Positions 12,202 to 26,300 of a DNA stretch of 64,000 bases are shown here, piece by piece. Location of the stretch: assembly GCA_021613535.1 (NCBI GenBank), contig CP075497.1, positions 9,884,585 to 9,948,584 on the forward strand. Reading direction: 5' to 3'. This DNA is from Adineta vaga (taxonomy: Eukaryota; Animalia; Rotifera). Both the position numbers and the translations under genes were made by a program. Each line of letters opens with the position of its first letter. Within the stretch, counting starts at the first letter, position 1. The notes under the pieces are model-generated. The model made no database searches. It worked only from the letters and a program-made list of their open reading frames with translations, and had not been told where the DNA came from.

Positions 12202-14092
12202 TTAATTAGCTTTGTTTTGACGTATGTCGAGTGACGTTTTCGATCGTAAATAATCCGCATAATTGCTAAATGAATGTGAACAAACAGGCAATCCACGGCT
12301 TGTATCACCATAAGTTTGTCCAACACGATATTTGCGTTCTAAAGCAAAGAAAAACGAATTGGAATCGATAGAGAATAGTTGAAAGTTCATACGAGGAAGA
12401 TAGCCAGTATATTTTGGAATCATTCCAGATCGAGAATACAAACGTTGATCTGAAGAATTCGTTGTTGAATATTCTTGAGAAAAGTTGGCTGATCTTGATG
12501 TTAAACTGAAATAGATAATGGCAAAGAGAATAGTAGGTCTTGGGTCTTTTTTTCTTAGAAAGATGATCTAGATTTCTACAGACATCGAAAAAGAAAAGCT
12601 AATTTTCTTCTAGAGCGGACAAACATAAACAACCTGTTTAAAATTAGATGCATAGATTGATTGACTGAAAAAAATCAAATCTTTTTTCTTTGTATCAACT
12701 CTATTCAAATTATATTACTTCGATGGTGTGCTGATATTTCTTTCCGTTGTCAAACTTGTAGTCGAATGTGTTATTTCAGAAGCAAAACGATCTAAACCTT
12801 TCTTCACTGCTTCATGATAGCGAAGACCAACACTAGTATCAGTTGGACGAATACGAGGAATATATCCTTTATAACCAGGAATGGGAGCTTCAGCAAATAA
12901 TCGACGATCGCCTAGATGATTTCATCAAAAAACAAGCCGTCAAGAAAGACTCTTTAACTAAAGTTTTCTTTACTTTGTTGACCATTTACGGGTGGATGAT
13001 AAGCTTGGTGATAATCAAGAAAATGTTTTACAACGGTTGCACTATTTAAACTCTGTGATTTAGGATAAGCAACAATTGAATTTCGTAGATCTTTCGCTTG
13101 AGTTTTTGCTCTTTCATAAGCAGCTTTCGTTCCTGAGAGACAAACATTCGTTTCAACACGATATCGATTACCAAGTTGATATTTTCGTTGAGGAATGTAA
13201 CCTGATAGGAAATAAATCATCCTATCAGAATTCTATGATGATAAATTGCTTACCTGTATAACCTGGAAGCATTCCATCTGGAAATTCACGAGTTTCATAG
13301 GGATTCGATTGATCAATTTTTATTATGGGAAATTCTGATTTTGATCGTGTTAAATGAGGATATTCTGTAGCTAAACGATAAGTTTCTTCACCATATGTAT
13401 GACCATCACGATAGCGCAATTGATGTATATGTCCCGTATATCTATGTAAGTTAAATAAAAAGAAAAAAGATTGTTGAATATCTTTTCTCATGTAATATAA
13501 TCCATTGTTTATCAAAATAACAAATCATCTACTCTTTTTTCTCTTACATTTATTGAAGAAATATTGACATTGATCTTGAATAAAGAAAAACAATTGCTTA
13601 CAGTGAATCCTTGTATGTATCAGACAAAATATTCTTTTATGGTTTGTTAAAATGATTAATAATCATGAGAAATCTTTGAATTTCAAATTACTAAATAAAT
13701 TAGAAACTTCCTAAAATATCTATTCGACAGTACTTTTGTCTTGGAAATAAACTTTCTATTTCTGTTCATTATTCTCAATTATATTAGTAAAAGAAAAAAC
13801 ATCCTCAAGTCATGCTAAATATTGATTTCAATCAATAAAATATCTTTTTGTTAATTTATTTTGAAGTAGTATGTATACCTCAAGTTCTGAACAAGATCAT
13901 TATTTTTCTAACCTTGATTTGATAACATATGATTTATTTCAAACACAAGCATAATAGACACTATACATAAGAAATGAACTTGCTAGATTGTTGTTAGATG
14001 AACGTACCTCGGTAATTGTGAACCATCTTTAAGATTACAAAATTGTCGTCGTGCTTCAAGAGTTGGTCCACCACCGAATTCGACTGTTGTCA
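12202..14092 (-). CDS. FAM166/CIMIP2-like (ciliary microtubule inner protein 2-like) protein, 5 exons
   Basis: Minus-strand exons 14092-14006 (MTTVEFGGGPTLEARRQFCNLKDGSQLP), 13444-13255, 13222-about 12985, about 12905-12722 and 12532-12202, all joined in phase by GT..AG introns of about 30-90 nt. The protein has four copies of the family motif [I/L]PxYTG[Y/H][I/L]P (LPRYTGHIH, LPGYTGYIPQ, IPGYKGYIPR, IPKYTGYLPR) and KYRVGQTYGDTSRGL. Confidence 0.75.
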
Positions 14093-14450
14093 TTTCTTTT
14101 GACTGAAAGAAATAATATGTTAGTAAGCATACACATACATTTCATAGCTTCTCATCAATCGACATTTACATCTCACTTCATGTCAAACTTCGTAGTAACG
14201 ACCTCTATACATATTTCACGACAACAAGGTATATTTGTATTTAATGAAAAATCTTCGGAAAAAAAAATCAGGATAACATTTATGAATGATATTTGTATTT
14301 ATCTTCTTTTCGACTATCGCTCGATAATAATAAAAATATCCGATTGGTTGACTGATCTTTATGCTTTGTTTGTTCATTTCATTCATTCATTTTCTATACA
14401 CTTTGTTCTATTATAATATCAATCGACACTTTCATTGTTAACCATACTGA

Positions 14451-16689
14451 ATGAGTGCTGAACCGATGACTTCTTCGACAGAACAAACCGAATCTGTAGC
14501 AAATACATCAACAGTAGAAACGGCTGCTGACAATATTACAGAAAATACTGAAGTAAAACCAGTCAATGGTGCGGATGAAGAAGCAATGATAACAACGGAA
14601 AATAGTACCGGTAAACGAAAACGATCAATAAAGAAAGTTGTTGAAAATACAGATAGTATTTCTAATGGACGTCCAAAACGTACCTTATCAAAACGTAAGT
14701 TAAAGAAAAATCATTTATATCGATCTATAATATATGTCAATGTTAAGGTGAAGAAGTGCCAACACCTGTGATGAATGGTGCAGGAAAAGGAAATAAATCA
14801 AAAGTTGAACAAGTAAATAATGATGATGAAGATGATGAACAAGAACGTGATAAGAATATTCCCGTACTCTATGATGTTGCTGATGTTGTGTGGGTAAAAA
14901 TGGGTGGGCATCCATGGTAAGATTATCATTTTACTTGTTATGATTTTTACATGATGTTCTATTAGGTGGCCAAGTCTTATAATTCGAGACCCAAACGACT
15001 CTAGTGGAAATTTTACTAAAGTATCTGGTATGTGATGAATTTTGAAAAAAGAATAATATAAGTATATATATATATATTTACAAATGTTAGGCAATGCTCG
15101 AGCAAAACGAATGTATTTTGTTGTCTTCTATGGTTCAACAGCTGACTTTGCTTGGGTTTCCGATGCAGCAGTCATCGAATATAATGGTGTAGAAGCTTTT
15201 ACTAAATATGCACAAGAAAATGTTGATAAAGTACGAATAATGATTACTGATGAAGAAGACCAGTCATTCATTTATAACTGTTTATAGGCACAAACAAAAT
15301 CACAAAAAGAACAATTGACAGAACGATTTCAATTGAAAGTAACCATTGGTCGCCGTGAAGATTGGGAATCAGCAGTGCGTGAAGCTGATGATGCAATCAA
15401 ACAAACTAGTGAAAAACGTCTTGAAAATATCGAACCAAAGATTCACTTTTATACAAAGAAAATCGGTAAGAATATCAACATTCTAAATTTATTTATTTTT
15501 ATTGTTTCTTCTCTTCAAGGTACTCCAAAAAGTCAAGGTGGTCGTCGACCAAAAGTACCGATAACAAAATCAGAAGAATCATCGGAACCTATGTTAACAT
15601 CAACTATGGATCCTGCTGATCGTTCTTTATTGGCAGAAAAAACATTTGAATTTAAATCTGATGAAGAAGATTCAATACCTGAAACACCACTTCGAAAAAT
15701 GCCATCTGTCAAAATAAAACTTAGTAAACAAGTATCTAACGATTCAGATTCAAATATAACACCACCATCCAAACGTACTTTAATACGTAAATCTGGTGCA
15801 ATTGACGATAAACAAAGTTCTAATCCGCCAACAACTATTTTTGGTCAAACAGCCAATGGATCATCTGTTTCATACCAACAACGAGAACCGATTACTAATG
15901 CTGTCGATACGACTCCAACTAAATCGAATCCAACAGAAATGGTCAATGGTACAGGCAGTGCAAAGAAACGAGGACGACCAAGTGCTAATAAATCATCCGT
16001 ATCATCAAGTAACGACGATAGTCCAGCACCGGAATTTCATTCAGCAAGTCCATCGGTCACAACTAAATTTACTACACAAAGAAAACCAATTCAAAAACCA
16101 CAAGCATTTATGAATTCATCTGTTTCTAGTGGTCAACATGATATCCGAACTGGGTTCTTATCACCATTTGAAGAACAAGAAGTACTTGATGCTCTTGATC
16201 AATTAGGTTCAACTAAAACATTTGAAGAAGCTGAACAAAAAGCAAAACGTCGATTTGAACATATTCTTTGTTTGAATCTTAATCGTACTCATGTAGATAT
16301 TCCACAAGAATGTAAGTTACATATTTTTATTTTGTTTGAATATCTATATATCTATTTGTTTCCTAGGGTTTTATACCTTTTTGTTTTCACATCCATCATT
16401 AGTTATGAAGAATCCACAATGGTTTTCTGACAAGAATAGTTCAGATACATTAAATGAGACTGATCTATTAAACAATGTTCAATCATCAAGTAGTTTAGCT
16501 GTACTTAAACATCAACTTGTTGTTTTATCGAAATTATATCGTAATGAATTACAAGTTCGACCATCTGCATCTGCCAAAAACCGACGATCAACAGGCACTG
16601 GTGGTGGAAAACGAAAATCAATGGAAAAAAAGCAAGATTTCGAAGAAGAAATTAATATGGATGACGATGAAGAAGAACTTATTAATTGA
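14451..16689 (+). CDS. PWWP-domain protein with basic GRP/AT-hook-like motifs and an acidic C-terminus, 7 exons
   Basis: Exons 14451-14695, about 14748-14908 (..VLYDVADVVWVKMGGHPW), 14963-15029 (WPSLIIRDPNDSSG; the PWWP signature spans this splice junction), 15090-15232, 15290-15466, 15520-16311 (S/T-rich, KKRGRPSANK, GRRPKVPI) and about 16390-16689 (stop). All junctions are GT-AG and phase-consistent. Confidence 0.75.
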
Positions 16690-17523
16690 ATATTGTACAA
16701 ACAAACAGACATCAAATAATATTTTTGCTTTTCTTATCTAAACTGTACATTACACTTTTTTTCTTCTTCTTCTATTCATGTATGTTTGCGTAGCTATCAA
16801 AAAACCCCCAAATACCATGTATGTTAGATATGCTGAGTTAAACTCAATGATTATCAATGATAGTAGAAAGAATATCTAGATGTGTGTATGTGTGTGTATC
16901 TCGTATTCGTTAAATTGATTATTTTCTTCTTGTATTTGTTCAATCGGTTAGTATGTTACTACTGTTGTTCTTGCTGTTTTCGTCTCATTTGAAGAAAATA
17001 ATAAATATCCTCTTTTTTTTCGTAAAATCGAAAGCATTTTGTGTCATGCATTCTACTACAAGAATAATCATGATAGAATATGCACGAGAGCAAAGATAAG
17101 TATGAGGGTATTCCCTCTCGAATCTTTGTCACATTTTTTTGCTATCTTAGAAGTGAATATCAGTGAAATGATCATTAAAGGAATATTTGTATTAAGAAGG
17201 ATAAATAATCGATTGAATCGTTTTGAACTTTCGCAGGTAGTATGAATGAAATAGATTCGAAAAATTCGTTGCTACAGTAATTTCATTCGACATTCACCTG
17301 TCACACTACAGAAAAAAAACGCATTTTGTTTTAATATTAAGATAGAAATACAAATGAAAAGCAATGATAAAGAAAAAATATATAGAAACTTGTCTAACAA
17401 CACGCAAAGCATTGAAGAAGAAAAGAAAATCAAAAGAGAACCCAATTTTAGTCATGATATTTTGATGTATCTATATCTGACATCCAGTGGATGATAAACT
17501 AACATTATTCATTTTTCATTTAA

Positions 17524-20500
17524 GTATGCATTCGACGATTTGTTTGTTCGTGTTTTTGTACTTTTTTCAATGCATCAATGATTGATACGGTGACATTCAT
17601 TTGTCCAATAATTTGTCTTTCGCTATTCAAGTCATATACTTAATAAGAAAGATAAATGTGAGAACAAAATCAATTATCTCAAAAGAAATTTCATTTACCA
17701 TCAATATTTTGATCATTAAGATCTTTGTTCTTACGTAACAATTCTTTAGCATTAACTGTTGCGATACCAATATCAACACATTCAAGATCTGGTTGATCTT
17801 CAGGTGGTTCAGCGACAACAACAAATTTAATCCTAAATGAAGTCATTTTAATATTGTCATATGATAAATCTTCACTTACTCTCCCGATGATCCTGGTCCG
17901 ACAAGTTCAGCAAGTTGTTGTCTCTTTTGTGGAACATTAATAGCACAAACTTTAAAAGAGTTAAATGTTTTTCTTTCAATAAGAATAAAATATTACAAAC
18001 CTTCTTGAAAACCAAAACTATATTTGGTATTTGGTTCACCTTTCACCAACGAATAAGGTGTTTCAAGTTCTTTTTCATAATCAAGAAATTCGACGCTAAC
18101 AAAGACTTTTTCACAGTTATCATCATCAAAAATAGGACAGTTTTCATTCAATACAAGATCATTTACACCAATTGTTACAACATCTTCTTGTTTATTCGAA
18201 TTAGCAGATGCTGTACTTTGATAAATAATATCAGGATCTGATTCATCAACAACACGTGTTGACGTTATTGGTCCAGTCTCAACATCAGATGATTCTAAAG
18301 GAAGAATTGTTAATCAATAGAATCTTCACTATGGTAAAGAAATTTCAAGCTGTAGATAGTTTAATACTGTTTTCTCTCATGAGAGGAAAATGTTTATGGA
18401 TAGTTACCAGGTGATATTGTACGATTTGTTTCGTCGGGAATCGAATGTTCCTACAATTCAACAGCAATAAGATAAACTGATTTTTCTAGAAGAAGATATT
18501 AAATAACAAACCCCGTTAGGAAATCGAATGGATGTACTGTCATCTTGATTATCAAAACTAACTGAAATATCATATAGATATGTATTGAAATAATTTAGTT
18601 ATGTAGATTTATTTACCTCGTTTGCTATTCGTACTTGTAATCGATGCAGTTCGAGGATGATGATTTTTATTCGTATCACGAACTGGCCGTGAAACACTCG
18701 ATGCTGGAACTCCAGAACTATTTCTTGGTATATCTTCAAAAAGAAAAGAAAAGACCAATTTGTGATAGACAATATTCGATTTGTGGTTTACCTCGTTTTG
18801 GTTTTTGGTCACTATCAGATCCTGATATATCTTGAGGTTTTAATCTTACATTCATTTCTCTTTGTTTTTCTGCAAGTGTTTTATGTCCTGATACACTTTC
18901 ATCTGGTAATAAAGCTAATGGTTCACGATGATTTGTTGGTACACTTTTTGAACGTTGGTTTGGTGTACGAGTTGAAGCTGATGGTGGTAAATATGTATGC
19001 GTCCATTTAAGTGATACATCCATTGTACCATTTCTTTCTCCCTGATCATTGAACATATCAAATGTACCTCGAATTTGATTATCATGTGATAAAGATATTA
19101 ATGGTATATCAGCACGTGCAACAAAACGATCATCTTTCTGATCACGATCGTCGAAAACAAAGATTGTTAGTTGAGATTGTTTGAGATAACGATCAAGATC
19201 AGCATCCATTTGAACTGGATATTGATTCCGATCATCAAAATTCGGATTATTCGATGATGGAATTGTTATAGTATCATGATCGACGAAATCATAAAATTTA
19301 TATATACAATAAAGATCAGGTTGACGATCTGAAGAGTAGAGGAAAAAAAATAATGATTGATAGAATAAAAAATCTTTTAGTTTTACCAGGTGATGCTGCT
19401 TTAACATTTGAACAATTCAAAATAGCAATCGTTAATTCATTCATATTTGGATCAAGTTCATGTCGTTGTGGAATATCATCCGATGTTTTAGTTGATTGGC
19501 GACTTGTTGTAGCAATATAACCTTGTGCTTTCATTTTTTCTTTTAATAAACGGAATGCTTGTTCCATAGGTACACGTAATCGAACCCAATATTCGATAAC
19601 ACCAAATGCTCCAATATCAATATTATTTTGATGAGATGCAATTAATTTTGCTGTACCATGTAAACGACCTTGATTACCTAAATTGATAATTAAGAAATCG
19701 GTAATCAAAATTTCTTTCTTTAATTACCTTCAACAAGTTGTTTCAAACTAAGTTTACATGCAGCAATTGTTTGAAATGATTGTCCAACTGTTTGATGAAG
19801 TTCAATAAGTGTATATTCTTTTTGTAAATAATATAAAAGAAAATCATCAACATTAACAATATATTGAGCCGTGAAATTATATTCTGGTATTCGCCCTTTA
19901 ATAATTGGTGTCATTTGTAATTCATGTTCGAAGAATTCAATCGAACAGAACGTTGATGGTTCATTATTTTTACCAAAATATTCTAATGCACGTTCATTAA
20001 ATGAAGCACGACTTATATGAATTTCAATAAGATTTTGACCACGTTCAAGTTCAATAGCATCTTCAATTAATTCATTGTTAAGATTACCATCAGTTGTTGG
20101 TTGTTCTTGAACACGATATTGACGTGTACCATATGCAACATCTTTCAAAGATCTAGAATAAATTGAAAGACATGTATGAATGAATTCTGAAGACTAGATT
20201 TCGTTAAATAATATACTTTTCTAATTTACGAATACGATCAGCACGAATATCCAATAATTGTCCACTTTCAAGTACACGTGATGAATATTCGGCTTGATTT
20301 TCATCCATTTTTCTTTGAACACAATCAACCTAGTAATCAACAGATTAAAATTTGATGAACGAAAAGAAAACGAATGATTTCTACTTCAAGTTTATAATCT
20401 CGATTAATTTTGTATTGCATTACTAATAAATTACGAGTTTTTTCTAATTCATTTACTGTTTCAGCTAATTGACTTTCTAATTCAAGTATTCGTCGATTTA

Positions 20501-22568
20501 CATCTATACACAACAAAAGAATAAAATAAATTTTGTTTCCCTTTCCTGTTTTTCTTACTTTGTGATTTTTCATCATCGACTTTTTGTAGAAAATCAAAGT
20601 TGGGTTCTTGTCGTTGTTTACGTTGACGTAATATAATCAATGCTTCTTCAATTTCCTTCATATTAATATCACTTTCCTATTATTATAAAGATATAAGAAT
20701 TTTCTCTACAAAAGAATTCAAATAACTCACTCGTTCAAAAAATCTCATCTTTTCAGCTAAATCATCGTATTTTTCTTTCATTTCTAAATATTTTAAATGC
20801 ATTGTTCGCTGATCATCATCCGTTTTTTGATATGCATCTTTAAACAAAAATCTTTTTGTTTCTTTTCATTGGAACAAAAGATTTTCATTACTTTTTTCTA
20901 ATGTTAATCTATCCAATAGATTTCCTCGTTCACCTAAATCAGCTTTAATTGTTGCTTCAAGTTGAGCAATTTGTAATCGTAATGCTCGTTCTTTCTCACG
21001 AAATTCTCGTTCTCGATCATTATTGAATGCTGAATCGACTATTTTCCTATTTGCTTCTTTCAATACGTCACATTCACGACGAAAATCTTCAATTTGTAAA
21101 TTGAGCTAAAAGAAGCGAAGAATCGTTTTTCAAAATACAAAACGAGCTCTTTCTATTGAACTAGATACCTCGTGAATGACGGTATTTGAACGTGAACCAT
21201 TTCTTAATTCATTACGTAACTGTAATGCTCGTTGTTGTTCATCTTTAATTTGTCTATCGAGTCGATCAATTTCTTTCAATAATTCGGCATTTGTTACTTG
21301 AAGTGATCGATTTTGCTACAAGAGAAAGAAACAAAATAATTGATCATTGTAAAAACGATTCTATCAACCGATTCAAAACTTGAACATTGAGTTTGTAAAC
21401 GTCTTAATTCATCAGATTTATCACGTAAATCACGTTGTAAACGAATCATATCGATATTTTCTTGTAGATTTACACGTGAATCTCCACCTGTTGGTTGTGA
21501 TCGTAAACGTAATAGATTTTGATCATGTTCATTATCACGTTGTGATAATTGCTGACGAAGATGTTCCACTTGTTGTTCATATGAACTTAATTGTTGTTGA
21601 GCTCTTTCCAACGATTCTTGTCTAAGTTGATATTCTTTTTTTTCTGATTTTAGATGAAAATATATACTTACAAATGTTTATTTGTCATTTGAGCATCTTC
21701 TAACAATCCACTATTCATTCGTGGAGTTGTTCCAGATGTTCTAAAAGAAATTATAATTTCAAAGTTTTAAATTTCGAGATTGACTCAATCGACTATTCTT
21801 AATAGAGAACGAAGATAAAAATAATTACCTGAATGAATCTCTTGCACCAACAACACGAATGTTATGAAGTAAAGGTGATGGTATTCGTTTTGGTTGTCCC
21901 TAAAAATATATATTCGACAAAATATTCAATGAATGATAATTATTGCTTTCTATTACGGTATCAATTCTTGATGAAACTCCTTCGTAAATAGAACCTGATT
22001 TTTTAAGTTGTTGTGATTGTTGTTGTGAAACATTCAAACGTTGTTTCAATAGTTTATTTTGTTCACGTAATTCAGAGATTTTGTTACGAAATTCAGCAAG
22101 TTGATTTTCAGTTTCAGAATCACGAATGCTTGATTTAGCACCTAATTAAAAAGATAATGAGATAATATCAAAAATTCTAGAGACTTTTATCTACCAAATG
22201 GAACAGCTTCACTTTTCTTTTTATCTTCAATAACTTTCGTTAATTTTGTTGCTAATCTAAAGAAAATACGAGATGAATTTGATTCAGATATTCCCAATTG
22301 ACTTTACTTTTTAATTTTATCTTCTTGTTTTCGAGCATGTTGTTTGAGAACTAAATGATCATCATATAAACGTAAATATCGATCTTGTAATTCAGATGGA
22401 TCAAGTTTTGCTATCATTTGCCGTTCACTTGATATTCGTTTAGCTTGACCTGAAATTTTTTTATAAGATTTAATATACATAATATACATCAATTTAAGTT
22501 TAATTTTAATTTTTAATTACCTTGAGGACGGTCAAGGCCAGATGTCATACTCGTATCTTGTGTGGGAG
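17524..22568 (-). CDS. RPGRIP1L: RPGRIP1/RPGRIP1L orthologue (ciliary transition-zone protein): N-terminal coiled coil, C2 domains, C-terminal RID-like domain
   Basis: Start near 22568 (MDWTPTQDTSMTSGLDRPQ). ORF 22304-22492 contains LQDRYLRLYDDHLVLKQHARKQEDKIKK, matching the conserved RPGRIP1L N-terminal motif. Many coiled-coil exons lie between 20300 and 22300 (for example 21294-21611, 20866-21063). The C2-N domain is at 19720-20148 (ENLIEIHI...EPSTFCSIEFFEHELQMTPIIKGRIPEYNFTAQYIVNVDDFLLYYLQKEYTLIELHQTVGQSFQTIAACKL). The central region is 18736-19708. The C-terminal RID-like exons are about 18005-18300, 17885-17940 and 17694-17830 (IKFVVVAEPPEDQPDLECVDIGIATVNAKELL). An in-frame stop falls at 17691-17693, unless a GTAAAT donor there splices to a candidate terminal exon at about 17524-17670. 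Confidence 0.85.
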
Positions 22569-23242
22569 TCCAATCCATCACTATGCTTTCTATGTCTTTT
22601 GTTTTTCGTGATGTATAGAAATGTTTACATCAAAAGAAAAGGGACAATTCAGCAAAGTCTACTAAATCTTCCTCTTAGAAATACGATCTACAAATAATCC
22701 GAGTAAGAATTTGTACGCGTCTCGATGATAGTATACCATCGTAGCATTTGAAATATGTTGCGTTACCAGGATGTGTTACTCACGTATGAAAGAGAATGAT
22801 TATTCTGATGATAGATGGCAGAACTGTGCAATATCGATTTATTTTAAACATAAAAACAAAGAATTGAAATTTTGTGTTGTAATGCAAGAAATCAATATGT
22901 CATAATTCGAAATATTCATCTTTTTTTCTCGTATTTATTATGAAAAATAATCCAATATGTATTGAATACAATCTAATATACATCTTTGCGTTTTCCAAGC
23001 AGGAATATACATTTTTATACATTCGTTCACTGATTTTAAAGCATGCTTCGGTTCGCTTGGTCATCAAATGACGACGTGTATTCGAAGTAGAAAATAACAA
23101 GCAAGATTATTAGCAAAACTGTCCAAGTCAGAAACAAAGAAACGCACACACGTACAAAGACAAAAAAAAACATTTTAGAACTAATAAAGATAATCCTATG
23201 TGCAAAACAAAAGCGACCATCTGAGCATCTATGAATAAGAAT

Positions 23243-23318
23243 AAGAAGAAGAAGAAGAAAAAAAAGAGATTATTATTCCGTTTTTGTATTGGTCTCTGAC
23301 GATGATGATGATGATGAA
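23243..23318. repeat. (AAG)n followed by (GAT)n trinucleotide repeats at the 3' end of the LRRC45-like gene
   Basis: aagaagaagaagaagaa at 23243-23259 and gatgatgatgatgatga at 23301-23318. The second lies in the codons for the poly-Ser run ...SSSSSSSS of the last exon on the minus strand. Confidence 0.85.
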
Positions 23319-26300
23319 GATTGTGATCGTTCTTCACTTTTTTCTATTGTTGCCAATTGATGATTCGTATTCGATCCATTGGCAATAGTTAAAGATGTTT
23401 CACGAAGTTCATCAAGTGGATTCATAAAAGCATCATCAAGACCAGCCATTGTTATTAATTCACCCAAACTACAAATAGGAAAAGATGAGCTTTTTCTAAA
23501 ACATATGAAAAAAAAACATTTACCGTTTTGATCGAAGAAAGTCAAGAAATTTTTGAAATTTTTGAAATGTATTTTCTACAACTGCACAAAATTGATCTTG
23601 TTGTCGTTGTGCTAAATCATTTTTTGTTAAAATCTAATGAACAAAATTGACATTATTCATTGATAGAAAAAAAAAACTTCCTCATATCCGTACCTGTTGA
23701 AGTTGTTCTTCTAATTGTTTCTTCGCTTGACGTTCTTCTCGTAATTTGCTTTCCAATCTTTGTATACGACTCTAGAAGACAAAAAGAAAGGATTAAGTCT
23801 TTTTTCAAGTATTCTTATTAAATATAATACAATTGTATTATCCTTGACTTGTTGTTGTTGTTGTTGAAAATCTCCACCTGCGCCATAAATTGATTCTTCC
23901 GAAGAATGAAAGGCACGTGTTGGTAGCTTAGGTGGAAATCCACTTATAGAAAGAAAAAAAATGAAAGATGATTTCTAGAATAGCTTAATAAAGATTAACA
24001 TACGGAAGGCGAGTTGCGCGAGCAGCTGTTCTCCATGGAATTCCATCACTTCTTGGTTCTGTCGAAACAGAACCCGTGGATTTACTTCGTTGTAATTTAT
24101 TTGGATCAATAGGTGTTTTCAATTGGAAGTGAATTGGACGATTTGCACCTGTTGTTGTCGTTGTTCGAGCAATTTTTGATCGAGGACGTCGAGGTGATTC
24201 AAGTTTTAACCATTTATACTATATCAAAATAAGTCCATGTAAGCAAATTTCTTTTAAAATGAATACAAACTTCACATAAACGATCATCTTCACAATTGAC
24301 TAATAGTTGTTCTATAAGTTTCTCCATGACATCTCGATCAACAAGTGGATTATTACGAATATCAATGATATGTATAAGACTATTATAATTAGCTGCATTT
24401 AAAAATTCTTTAGCACCACTGGTTGAGATCGCACAATCTTGTAGATCGAGAGCTAAAAAATGAAAATCAGTAATTTACTTTCGATCGTACCAATACATAG
24501 ATTGTCAATCGACAAATTAAAGTAACAGAACGATTCACTCTATTATTCAATCAAATATGATCACATCCTTTTTACATCATTGTCAGAGAGAGAGAGAGAC
24601 ACTTCATTAACATCCGATATTATTTCTTTCATAGACAAAAAAATGTATTTCCAATGGATTATATAAAATAGAAAACTATTATTTACATAACTAACAAAGT
24701 ATTAATATGCAATTGATTAGAAAGATCGATATGTTCTATAATAAGATAAGAAAACACAATTTACCTTTAATCCAAAGATCTGCTTCGATGACTTCAGCTA
24801 GAAATGTCGCACCACGATCAGCAATTAATGGATTCCTGTTTAATGTAACACGTCGTAAACCAGACATATGATCCAACATGGGATTTTGATATGGTAAACT
24901 TTCTTTTTGTTGATGACGAAGACTTTCTTTCCAAACATCAGTGTGACGTCGATTGCCTTGTTGCTAGAAAATCCCCAAACAATTCTCTACTTGATCAAAC
25001 TTGACTCAATTTTTATGATCTTCTTCTTATTCTGTTCTTCATAAACACAAAAAGAAAACTTCGTAGGCTACTTATTCTACACTTGTCATGCGATAGAACG
25101 AGCACGCAATAAGAAACTTTGAATAATTACCCGATTTATTTCCCCTCTCTCTCTTTATTCACATTGTATTTTCTTCTTTGAATTCATTTGTCGTATTATT
25201 TTAGTCATGATAATAAACAATCAAACGATGTCACTGTTACCAGCAGACTTACTTTTCTCAATGGATCACCTAGCTGCGATATTCAGTCTTTTATTTATTC
25301 TTCTCATTATATTAGTCGTTATACTTCTATTATTCTTTCATCAACGAAATACAAGTGCTTTTGATGAACATGAATTAGTTAACGAGTATGATCAAACAAG
25401 TACGGAGAACAAGGCACTAGAGCCAACAAATTCTAGACAATATGCATCGATTGATAAGAATCAATCGATACCTATGGCAACAATGGATATTGATGAAGAT
25501 ATCACTCGATCAACAACAAGTCTAATATCATCCAAATAATTATAAAAACTTTCAATATTGTTTTGTGTGATTATTCTTTTCAAATATATAGAATAACAAA
25601 TGGTTCCTTACTCGAATGAGATCAGCTATGATATGTGCACCTTGACTTGTTAATGAACAAGCTGAAAAGTCGACTTCACGAATTTTCGATGCTTGATTTA
25701 GATGTCGACAAAGAACTAAAAGCATTTCATTGGTTTTCTTTTTTCAGAAATTACAACTTCACTTACTATCAAGTCCTTCGTCACCAATTGGACTATTTGT
25801 TAGACGAAAATGAACGAGTGATTTACATTTTGCAAGGCCCTATAAGAGATTCGATCTATATGAAGCTATCTTTTTCTTAATAGTACCTGAGCTAAAACTG
25901 TTAAATCTTTACGTCGAAATGGTAGACCATCGAGTTCAAGTAAGACAAGTTCGGTTGTTATTAAAAGACTATCTTTAATATGTGTGCAAACTTTTGATAA
26001 TAATTCTTTTGATTGAAATAATGGTGGCCGTTTTGAAGCAGATGAAGCTCGTTTTAATGTTCGTCGTTCAGCTAAATTGAAAAAGAAATGAATTCTAATC
26101 GATATTTTTTATCATTGATGAAAGAATGAAACAAACCTTCAGCGAAATTAGTTGATAATGAATTGTAATATTGACTACGTAATGTAAGAGAACGAAGTGT
26201 TTTGCATGTACCAATAGCAGAACATAATGGTGTCCAATCATCAAAACTAATCAAACGAATTCTTCAAAGAAATAAATCAAAGAACAAATCTAAACATACC

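Noticed and set aside
22730-22780. Possible RFX X-box-like element (GTTGCGTTACCAGG) about 180 bp upstream of the RPGRIP1L start
   Set aside because: The second half-site does not fit the RGYAAC consensus on either strand, so it is too weak to report as a site. It is left as a motif search to run formally (see the ciliary-cluster finding).
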